Below are positions 21,696 to 30,968 of a stretch of DNA of 64,000 nucleotides, one piece after another. The position numbers were made by a program, and so were the translations under genes. Origin of the DNA: Macrostomum lignano. Taxonomy: Eukaryota. Location: contig NIVC01002068.1 in NCBI GenBank assembly GCA_002269645.1, positions 124,001 through 188,000 on the forward strand, written 5' to 3'. A model generated the notes under the pieces. That model did no database searches. It saw only the letters and a list, made by a program, of their open reading frames with translations, and was not told the DNA's origin. The number at the start of each line of letters is the position of its first letter. Within the stretch, counting starts at the first letter, position 1.

Positions 21696-22991
21696 ATGAA
21701 CGACCCACTGACACCAGTTTTCTACAAAATTAACAAGCCTATTTTGAGTGATGATAGCACAATCAAAGCGACTCAGGTAAGAGTTCCCAGTCAGGAAAAT
21801 CAGAATGAAACTAATCTTGGTCCTGGCCAAACACTGACATTTACATACAATGGATGTTCGTCTTTGGTCAGTGTCCACAGTCTAAGGAGCGGCTTCTATA
21901 TGACGTTTCAATTCAAAACTAAAGGAGGCGCAGACGCCGCTCATGCTAATGATGATCTACACAATGCGGATGTCGCACTAACCAGTAATTTCTGGGCTTA
22001 TATGTTCAAAGAGTTTAATGTGTCCAATGGAAGTACAGAGTTGGAAAGAATAGCAAACTTTGGTGTGGTCTATGATACCCAGTGCTTGATTGAGAACCCG
22101 GATTTTATTCAGATGGGGAGCGGTGCTGGATTCATCCCCAATGAACAGACAGGAGATGAGAATGACCCTGGTTACAAAAAGAGAAAGGAGAGATACAACT
22201 ATGCTCTTGCTGGTGAGAACGATGCTGCTAAGAATCCGCTGTTTAGGTCTGTAGATATTTTTGTACCTTTGAGGTTTATGAGTGGTTTCTGTAATAGTTT
22301 CAATCGGTTGACAAGCAACTTTAGCTACACATTTAGACTGACTAGAGATGATCGGAACAGAGGAATTTGGTCGGGGGCCAATCATACATCGATGGAGATT
22401 AAGCTAACTGGTGTGGAGCTGTACTTAGAAATTATTGAGCCCAAGACTGCACTCAAAGCTGAATACTTGAAGGCGATTGAGAAAGACATTGATGTTGCTT
22501 ATACAGCTTATATGTGCAGAGATGAGCGGAATGACGCAAGACACAATATTTGCATTAAAGAAGGCTCCTGTAGCAATCCAAGGTACATTATTGTCACTAT
22601 GAGGAATACAACTAATGTAGGTAGATATCTACATGGAAACATTCGATCGATTCAACATGAGATCAGTGACAATTTATACCCTGCATTGCCACAAAATGGG
22701 AATTTCTCGGAGAACAAGATTAGTAAGTTTTACAATGAACTGTCGGACTTGGCTGTCAAAGAGAATAACGGTATTGTTTTGACAACCTTGCAGTATAAAA
22801 AACTATATCCAATATTTGGTGTTGATGTGACTGCTAGACAAATGCCTACAGACAATAGCCCTGTTAACATTGTGACTAATATCGAGCGGAAAGAATTTGG
22901 TGCCGCAACGGCTGTTGATCTGTTTATTATCTATGCATTTGAGAGGAAGATCAAGGTCAATATGATCAATAACTCGTCTAGTAAAGTTTGA
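21696..22991 (+). CDS. Double jelly-roll major capsid protein, 431 aa
   Basis: Size, position, N-terminal SDDSTIK, NPRYIIVTM and C-terminal YPIFGVDV...LFIIYAFERKI as in Polinton MCPs. Confidence 0.82.
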   Translation: MNDPLTPVFYKINKPILSDDSTIKATQVRVPSQENQNETNLGPGQTLTFTYNGCSSLVSVHSLRSGFYMTFQFKTKGGADAAHANDDLHNADVALTSNFWAYMFKEFNVSNGSTELERIANFGVVYDTQCLIENPDFIQMGSGAGFIPNEQTGDENDPGYKKRKERYNYALAGENDAAKNPLFRSVDIFVPLRFMSGFCNSFNRLTSNFSYTFRLTRDDRNRGIWSGANHTSMEIKLTGVELYLEIIEPKTALKAEYLKAIEKDIDVAYTAYMCRDERNDARHNICIKEGSCSNPRYIIVTMRNTTNVGRYLHGNIRSIQHEISDNLYPALPQNGNFSENKISKFYNELSDLAVKENNGIVLTTLQYKKLYPIFGVDVTARQMPTDNSPVNIVTNIERKEFGAATAVDLFIIYAFERKIKVNMINNSSSKV

Positions 22992-23013
22992 ATAATTTTT
23001 TTTCAATAAAAAA

Positions 23014-23871
23014 ATGGAAGCCATAGCCGAAAGACTGAACAACATTGTTTCACACTCTAAGGAGAGCATTCCAATCACTGTAGCGGGTCGCATTACTGAG
23101 TCAAACGGAATCTTCATTCAAAAATTGGAGCAACCACTTCGTTTGGATCCCGAGGCGAATTACCACGTCTATCTCAATGATTTCACTGGGTGGTCAAATG
23201 TTCCCAATGTGACAGCGGAAAATAACAAGTTTTATTACAAATGGAAGCGTACTACAACAGAGGTTGTGATATTTCCTGTCAGCACACAGAGCGTGGATAC
23301 TTATAATTACTTCTTGGAGAACGTCTTCACTAAACGAAAGCATTTTGAGATACCGGATGAAAGCAAACCAGAAAATAAACTGTTCCCTGTTAGATTAACT
23401 TATGATCTAACTGTCATGAGAGTTGTCTTGCAAGTTCATAAGGACGCAGAGGTAGAGTTTAAAGATGGCACTTGGTATCGCGAGTTGGGATTTGAAAAGA
23501 GAGTTTATGGTGGCGCCACAGACCAAAGCCCGCTGCAGGCGCCTGGCACTGTTGCTGTGTCCCGGCTAATATCCGGTATGTACTTGGCGCCAAATATCGC
23601 TGACATTGTCAAAGGTTTGAATATATTAATTCGCAGCAATCTGAGCCATGATTGGATATTCAAGGGCAAACGAAGCAACATACTTTTTAAAATTTCAAAC
23701 TCTGTTGCTGGTGGCAAAATGCTTGTGCAAAAGCCAAACCCCGTGAAAAGAGTGATTCTGAGTAATAGAGAGATACATGAAATCATTCTGCAGTTTGAAA
23801 CAGAGGATGGCGTTGGTGTCGATTTTAACGGGGAAGAGTTTGTGCTAACAATTATTATTGAGAGAATGTGA
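23014..23871 (+). CDS. Minor capsid protein (penton), 285 aa
   Basis: PLRLDPEANYHVYL...WSNVPNV..ENNKFYY and C-terminal IHEIILQFETEDGVGVDFNGEEFVLTIII. Confidence 0.82.
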   Translation: MEAIAERLNNIVSHSKESIPITVAGRITESNGIFIQKLEQPLRLDPEANYHVYLNDFTGWSNVPNVTAENNKFYYKWKRTTTEVVIFPVSTQSVDTYNYFLENVFTKRKHFEIPDESKPENKLFPVRLTYDLTVMRVVLQVHKDAEVEFKDGTWYRELGFEKRVYGGATDQSPLQAPGTVAVSRLISGMYLAPNIADIVKGLNILIRSNLSHDWIFKGKRSNILFKISNSVAGGKMLVQKPNPVKRVILSNREIHEIILQFETEDGVGVDFNGEEFVLTIIIERM

Positions 23872-23910
23872 GTCGTCTTCAGACTTGTAAAATTACGATA
23901 TAAGCCGCCA

Positions 23911-24624
23911 GGTACAACCGTGTAGTTGGCTACTACAACTGCCTTATAACTTCAGCAAAGTTATAATAGCTGTCAAAATTGTTAATGACTACTCCGTGTT
24001 TTTCAAACCAGTGAGATTTAAGTGCTTGATTAATATTAGGGACATTGATATCAACGTCGGGCCAATATTTTCTCATGTATTCGCTGCATTCTAGTTTGCA
24101 TTGGTACTTGGATTTGTACAATGGATGAGGCTGAGTATAATAGGAACCTGGAGAGACAACTGGAAACATTTTTATTGAGAAATTAATTTTTTTTCAAAGG
24201 GTAAGGACCCTGCGCTGATGATTTAAAGTATTTGGGATCTGGTAGCACGTTGCGAATTGAATGTGGGCCCCATGGGGAGAAGAATGCAGATTATTTTCTG
24301 ATTGTTTCGAAGATGCTATGGGTGGATGTCAGTGTCAGTGAACATAACAGGTATCAGTGGACACCTGCTCTGATTCTGTCAGGGATAATATGGATGGATT
24401 TAATGGGATTATGGAGGACGTTTTGTGAGCGAGTGCGACCCCCCTTTTTTTCTGATTCTGTCGGGGATAATATGGATGGATTTAGGTGGATTATGGAGGA
24501 CGTTTTGTGAACGAGTGCGACCCCCCTTTTTTTCTGATTCTGTCGGGGATAATATGGATGGATTTAGGTGGATTATGGAGGACGTGAAAAATTTTGTCCC
24601 AAAAGCCCCCTCATGCCTTCTACT
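23911..24624 (-). repeat. Right TIR of the Polinton
   Basis: Reverse complement of 9681-10393, differing by a few substitutions and homopolymer lengths. Confidence 0.95.
23933..24169 (-). CDS. Second copy of the 78-aa TIR-encoded ORF
   Basis: Translation identical to 10135-10371. Confidence 0.55.
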   Translation of the reverse strand: MFPVVSPGSYYTQPHPLYKSKYQCKLECSEYMRKYWPDVDINVPNINQALKSHWFEKHGVVINNFDSYYNFAEVIRQL

Positions 24625-25317
24625 CCCCTCAGACAAACCCCCCTCAGGCGCAATGTACATGTACAAATTAATCGATAAAATAAGAGTATCGTGCCAGAAT
24701 ACCATAACGTCAATACATGTACATAGATGCATGGAACTACTTTACGAGAAATAATACACAATGCATGAAATACAATTAATGAAATAAATACATACGAGGC
24801 TACAAAAACAAAGTATTCAACAGTAACGTAAGCGCAATAATAATACGTATAGATTGTTGTTACAATGAAAGAAAGAATACAAGTGGTACGGTGTGCATGC
24901 GAGATAATCGAAATACGATACATATGCTTTCTACGAATTACACTGTCACACATATACTACTGGACTTTTAGACACAACATGATCAAAACAGCTTTACGGC
25001 GTATCAAGATTAGGCTTGTATTCTTTTCAACAAAACTTTGATCGCATCTGATTGTCCTTTCGTGCAGGTTTATAATTATTGCATACATAAAAAACAGCCA
25101 AGTTTTTTACTCTTTCTTCACTTTTATGAAAAATATATTCATAAGCGCTAGGGGCCTCATCGTGGTTCAAATCATCATGCTTGGCTTGGCCAGGCTTATT
25201 CAGTCAGCCAGGCTAAGTGGGCAGCAGCAGTGCATCGATCAACCAAGCTCGCTCAAGGCCTCACTGTACCGCTAGACTACTGACTTAGGTAACACTGACA
25301 GCTTAACCAAAGCCGGC

Positions 25318-25487
25318 ATGCAGGAGATTATCACCATCCACATTGGTCAGTGCGGCGTCTGCGTCGGGCTCAAGTACTGGGAGAGCCTGGCCGACGAGCA
25401 CGGCCTGGACTGTCAGGGCCAGTTTTTCGGCTCCAGCCCGTTGCAGCTTGAAAAGATCGGCGTGAACTTTGCGGAGTCGGGGTCCAT
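25318..25487 (+). pseudogene. Divergent beta-tubulin-like N-terminal fragment (~56 codons)
   Basis: MQEIITIHIGQCGVCVGLKYWESLADEHGLDCQGQFFGSSPLQLEKIGVNFAE aligns with beta-tubulin [52 protein letters not shown]. No continuation found in the window. Confidence 0.75.
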
Positions 25488-25567
25488 GAGAAATGCCCGC
25501 AGACGAATTGCCTGCCGAGATTTGCCCACAGGAGATTTGCCCGTGGAGATTTGCCCGCCAAGCTTTA

Positions 25568-28480
25568 TGTAGTCTCAGTGACAAGTACTTAAATAATAAA
25601 TCAAGACACAACATCTTCCCCCTCTCTGAGAGGTTCACCAGCCGTAACGTTGCACCGGTCGCCACTGACGGTTCGAACGTCTCAGCGGTGGAGTCGCAGG
25701 TCCCGAGGCTGGTCCTAGTATTTGAACGTTGGTCTCTCCGCCGCATTGTGCAGGTTGTTGCCTTTGAATGTCCACGAGGGGGGGTCAAGCTCGTTTGGCC
25801 CTGGTGGCTCAGAATTCGGCCGCAAAGACGTTGGTACAAGCGCCTGCTGATTCCAGGTGCTGCCGTCCGTTAGTCTACACACGGTGTTCGTTCTCTTGAC
25901 GATCTGTAGTGGTCCAGAAAGCCGCGTCCCCAGCTTTCCCTTTCGAACTGGACGATGCACTCGAACCCAGTCACCGGCGCACAATGTTGGTGGTCGCACC
26001 CCCGCCGCCGGTCGGTATAAGCTGCCGTTCGCTGCTGTCTCTCCTAAATTCGCTGGGCGATATCTGGTTGTGCCGCCGTGGTGTCCTTAAACGGGCCAGT
26101 AGAGACAGTGCAGTGCGCCAACGTCTTCTTAGCATCAGCTCCGCTGGACTCTTGCCAGTCAGGGCGTGCGGCGTACTGCGGTAGGTCTCAAGGAATTGCA
26201 ACAGCGCGTCTTTCATTGGGACATTCTCTGCCCTGGCCGCTCGTATGCTGTCTACCAGAGTCCGGTTGAGCCTCTCCGTCTGGCCGTTCGTGCTCGGACG
26301 GTACGGGCTGGTCTTCTGATGCTGGATGCCGCGCTCCCGCAGGAACCCCGTGAGCGCATTGCCGAACTGCGGTCCGTTGTCCGTGAGCACCGTCTTGCAG
26401 AGACCCCAGCGAGCGAACAGGCTGCGTAACACTTTGCAGATCGTCTCGGTGGTGATGTTTGACGTTGCAAATACTTCCGGCCATTTACTATGCAGATCCG
26501 TAATGACCAAAAGGAATCGTGACGATGCTGGTGCTGCCTGTAGCTCACCCACGATGTCGATGGCGATCTGTGTCCACGGCCCATCTGGCCACCGCAGAGG
26601 CTGCAGAGGAGCCGGTCGCAATTTGAAATTCTTTTCTGCGGTCTCGCAGGCACTGCAGTTTCTGACAAACGTTTCGACGTCGAAGTCCATCTTTGGCCAC
26701 CAGGCAAACTCGCGGAGCTGCTGCTTAGTACGAACCACACCGGATGTCCGGCGTGCGCCGATTCCAGTAGGTTACGCCGCAGCTGATGTGAATGACTGCT
26801 CGCTCTTGGAAAGCCAGGCAATGTGCCATCCTGCCAAACGCTGAGGTGCTCTCTGACTTTGAAGAACGGGTGCAACTCTGTATCCTTCGTTGAGCCCCAG
26901 TTGCCGCTAGTCACTCGCTTAATCACCTCGCGCAGAACCGTGTCCTCGGCCGTTGCTGTCGCTAGCTGGGTAGGTGTTACTACTCGGACTCGAGGCATCG
27001 CAGTGTCCGGTAGCTGTACGATATTCATGTCCGACCCACAGCTCCACATTGACAACATGTCGGCCACGAAGTTCCGATTGCCTGGCGGATATTTACGTGG
27101 AAATCGTACTGTTGAAATCTGTCACACCAGCCATGGATGCGCAGCGGCCGATGTCCCGTGCCGCTGGGTCCCAACAGTAGTTGACGTACCGCTTGATGGT
27201 CTGTTCGCAGCTCAAAGTGACGCCCATATAGGTAGTAGTGCCACTTCTCCATGGCCCACAGACTGGCCAATGCCTCCTGCTCATTTGCAGCGTATCGCTT
27301 CTCGGTGTCGGTCAAGGCTCGGGCGGCAAAGGCGATTGGACGCTCGACGCCGTCTTGGATCTGGGACAGGTTTGCACCGAGAGACTCCGCACTGGCGTCG
27401 CTGGTGACAATCGTCTCGGCCTCTGGGTCAAAGTGCGCCAGGATTGGTGGATTACAGATTGCTGCTTTTAGCTCTTGGAACGCTCTTTCGCAGTCCGTCG
27501 ACCACTCGAACTCCGCATCCCCCTTCAGTAGGGCCCTCAGAGGCGCTGTGACTTCAGCAAATTTGGGCACAAAGCGCATCAGGTAGTTTGCAGATCCTAG
27601 GAACGCCTGCAGCTCCAATTCCGGTTAGACGGTGAGCGCAACTGGCTGAATGCCTTGGTCTGGGACTCTGAAGGTCGCATACCGTCGGCTGAGAAGATGA
27701 GGCCAAAAAATTCTACCTCCGTCTTGCGTAGCAGGCATTTGTCCTTATTGGCCGTTAGGCCAGCGTCGTTCATACGCCCTAATAGCGCTCGCAGTCTTGA
27801 ATCATGTTCAGTCATGTTTGCTCCGAAAACAAAAAAATCGTCCAGAATATGTTCGACCCCATGAAGTCCGGCTACTAAGTCGTCCAACATCCTTTGGAAG
27901 GCTGCTGGCGCTGACGCTAAGCCGAAAGGCACTCTGCAATACCGATACAACCCCAGGTGCGTGATGAATGCTGTCAAGTCACGCGATGCCTCATCCAACT
28001 GCATGTAGCCAGCTTTGAGATCGATCTTTGAAAATACGCGGCCACTTTCTGCCTTGATCTTTGCCGAAATCTCGTCCAGCTGAGGCATCGGATGTCGATC
28101 GATTACAAGCGACTTATTCAGCTCTCGCACGTCGATGCAGATTCGAATGTTGCGTCTTTCTTGTTTGCGACAACCATGTTGGATATCCATGGGCTGGAGT
28201 TTATTCGTTCAATGCGGTCAAGTTCTCCATGCGGTCAAGTTCATTGCCTATTTTCTGTTGCTTTGCGAGGGGAAGGCGGCGCAGCGGCTGCTGCACTGGT
28301 AGCACAGCTGCATTTACTCTCGGCTTGTGCACCGCCCCTTTGCAGAGTCCGATTAGACCACTGAAAACCGCTGGGAACTCCTCCGCTATGTCTACACTGG
28401 CGATACTATTCTCAACCTCCGGAGGCTGCAGTTGTACCCGGAATCCATGATGCTGGGCCTGACTGCCTGCGTCCGGTTTC
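25568..28480 (-). mobile_element. Degenerate Ty3/Gypsy LTR retrotransposon pol (RT-RNaseH-integrase-GPY/F), 5'-truncated, with PPT and a short 3' LTR-like end
   Basis: RT (IRICID, FSKIDLKAGY, RVPFGLASAPAAFQ, ILDDFFVFG); RNase H (TSDASAESLGA, AFAARAL, TDHQ); integrase (QIAIDIVG, TDNGPQF, NGQTERLNRTL); KLGTRLSGP. Polypurine tract 25614-25628 directly precedes TGTTGTGTC. Several frameshifts. Confidence 0.92.
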
Positions 28481-28910
28481 CTGGACAGCTAAACCTCAGT
28501 CCGGGCAAACTGGCAAGCGCGCTGGTGCCCCTGCCCAGTGCGACCGGCTGTGCAGTCTCTACTGCGAGACCGCGACTGCCTGAGCCGCGCACCCAGCGCA
28601 TAATTTTGTTTAAAACATGAAAACTAAAAAAGTCTGGCTGAGTTGGGTAAATTTGGATGCAAAGCGTCATCTGAAGTAAAACTATAGACGGCTCAAAGCA
28701 GAGACCGAAACGCTCCATTCGTTTCTTTTTCAATTTCAAACTGTTTTCTCCGCGTTTAGTCTTTTATTTGACAATACTGGTGGTCTTGCCAGGAAAAGAG
28801 CTGCTGAATAACGTGAACTTGTCTAATGACTTGTCCAATGGGCACTTAAGGAGCATCTTTACCAATGGGGAGAACTATAAACAGAATTAAGGACATCTTT
28901 ATGAGTGAGA

Positions 28911-29456
28911 GGACATTTCCAACAGTTTGGGAACATGTCTAACAGTTTGGGAACATGTCCAACAGTTTGGGAACATGTCTAACAGTTTGGGAACATGTCC
29001 AACAGTTTGGGAACATGTCTAACAGTTTGGGAACATGTCCAACAGTTTGGGAACATGTCCAACAGTTTAGGAACATGTCCAACAGTTTGGGAACATGTCC
29101 AACAGTTTGGGAACATGTCCAACAGTTTGGGAACATGCCCAACAGTTTGGGAACATGTCCAACAGTTTGGGAACATGTCCAACAGTTTGGGAACATGTCC
29201 AACAATTTGGGAACATGTCTAACAGTTTGGGAACATGTCCAACAGTTTGGGAACATGTCCAACAGTTTGGGAACATGTCCAACAGTTTGGGAACATGCCC
29301 AACAGTTTGGGAACATGCCCAACAGTTTGGGAACACGCCCAACAGTTTGGGAACATGTCCAACAGTTTGGGAACATGTCCAACAGTTTAGGAACATGTCC
29401 AACAGTTTGGGAACATGTCCAACAGTTTGGGAACATGTCCAACAGTTTGGGAACTG
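28911..29456. repeat. 20-bp minisatellite (AACAGTTTGGGAACATGTCC) x~27; resumes at ~29843-29920
   Basis: Read directly. Confidence 0.97.
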
Positions 29457-29843
29457 TTATTAGGACGTTAGGAGTTGGAGCACTGATCGGCCCAAGACTG
29501 CAGCAGAGCTATCGCTGCTCTTCCCTGTCCCCCGGATGCTTCGGGTAGACGTCCGGCTTCGCGGCCGGAACGCTCGCCTGTTCTGCGCGTACGCGCCACC
29601 TGCCACCCGCCCAGATGAGGCTCAGGACTTCTTCGAGCAGCTCTCTGCGCGCGTGGAGGAGACTGCGCAGCGCGACACGGTGGTCGTACTCAGAGACCTA
29701 AACGCAGTTCCGCGTAGGTCCGAGCGGTCGCTGTTTGTGACGCCCCGCGAGAACGGCAACAACCAGGTGCTGCAGGACTTCCTGGAGAGGCAGGATATGG
29801 TGTCGGCCAACACCCGCTTCCGCAAGCCACCCAGCAGGCTCGC
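29457..29843 (+). mobile_element. Non-LTR retrotransposon (RTE/CR1-like) AP-endonuclease fragment embedded in the 20-bp satellite
   Basis: GVGALI...RMLRVDV...FCAYAP...DFFEQL...VVLRDLNA...NGNNQVLQDFLERQDMVSANTRFRK; GDxNA is degraded to RDLNA; frameshift in a C5 run at ~29530. Confidence 0.82.
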
Positions 29844-30843
29844 ATTTGGGAACATGTCCAACAGTTTGGGACATGTCTAACAGTTCAGGAACATGTACAT
29901 CAGTTGGGGAACATGTCCATAAAAACTAATAAAAGGTGTCGGACAGGGCAAAAGCATGCAGATAAAGAAACACTTCGTTGCATGCATGACAAACCAGCAG
30001 TTTCTCAGGAACTGGTGATTGTTTTAGGTTAATGTTTGATTTTTGGTAAAAGAAAGTATAAGCCAGTTAATCAAAGTAGATTAACTTTTTCAGCAAAAAA
30101 TATCGTATTAAGGCAGTCTCTTTGACTTTGTATTAATTTGAACAAATAATGGAAACACAGATAAAACAGGACAGATCGGGTGCCAGCAGTGATCAAATAA
30201 TCGCAAATCAGAGAGAATTCTTGAACTATCAAGAATACATCGCTTAGTTTGTACTGTTAACAAAAAGACAAATTTATAAAAAAATTATCCAGTAACAGTT
30301 TAAAGTTAAAAATGCGATAAAAATCGTGCAAGATTAAATTTTTTATTAGACTGTCTGTTGAGTTGATTGCTAGTTACAGAATGTTGCTTCAACAATCTCT
30401 AAAATAAGGTAAGGCTAAAAAAACACAACGGTTGCAGTGATGTCACTTGATAATTTTAAGAGCTTGGTACAGAAAAGGGCTGAAAAATATCTGGGATTTT
30501 TTTCTGTGCTAAAGAGTCCAATAAGCAGTAAAATATGAGCACGAGTGGTAAATAAAGGAGATTAGAGTTTGAGTAAATAGAGGTAAAAAAATTAGCAACT
30601 CCGACAGAAATTGAATTTAAGTGGCAAGCGGATAGGTGAAGGTCAAGTAATTTCTCATTAAATCGGTATTTAATTCAATATCTGCCATCTTCATTCGCAT
30701 ACTGTGTCTGCCTTGATGGATTGCAAATTTTCGAATGAAGTTATAATGACAGCTTGACCAACTTAACCAGAGTGCAATCAATAAGGCAAGGCGCACGGTC
30801 AGGTAAGCTTCAAGACAGCGAGTCACATCAAGGAAATTCAGCA

Positions 30844-30968
30844 TCAGATATCTGGCTGCTGGCTGTCGCACTGCGCCTTGTAGCGCAGCAGGCACTGCGC
30901 CAGGAACTCGATCGGGTCCACGGGCCTCGCGTTCGCTACCTCGGCCATTGAGCTGGCCAGTGCTGGCT
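30844..30968 (-). CDS. Dpy-30/DYDC-like dimerisation-motif exon, predicted terminal exon of NWD copy 2
   Basis: ttcttcattccag|AG CCA... Phase-1 joining to the donor CTG A|GTGAG at 31526 gives [48 protein letters not shown]. Confidence 0.78.

Larger units (their letters stand above)
9681..24624. mobile_element. Full-length Polinton/Maverick (adintovirus-like endogenous virus), ~14.9 kb
   Basis: Termini 5'-AGTAGAAGGC...GCCTTCTACT-3'; TIRs 9681-10393 and 23911-24624; 6-bp TSD CCCCTC (9675-9680, 24625-24630); encodes INT, pPolB, PRO, ATPase, MCP and penton. Confidence 0.97.

Noticed and set aside
28939-29548. Repeat ORFs in the 20-bp array; also those at 44060-44647 and 48348-49763
   Set aside because: Tandem-repeat artefacts; open in multiple frames, and most unit lengths are not multiples of three.
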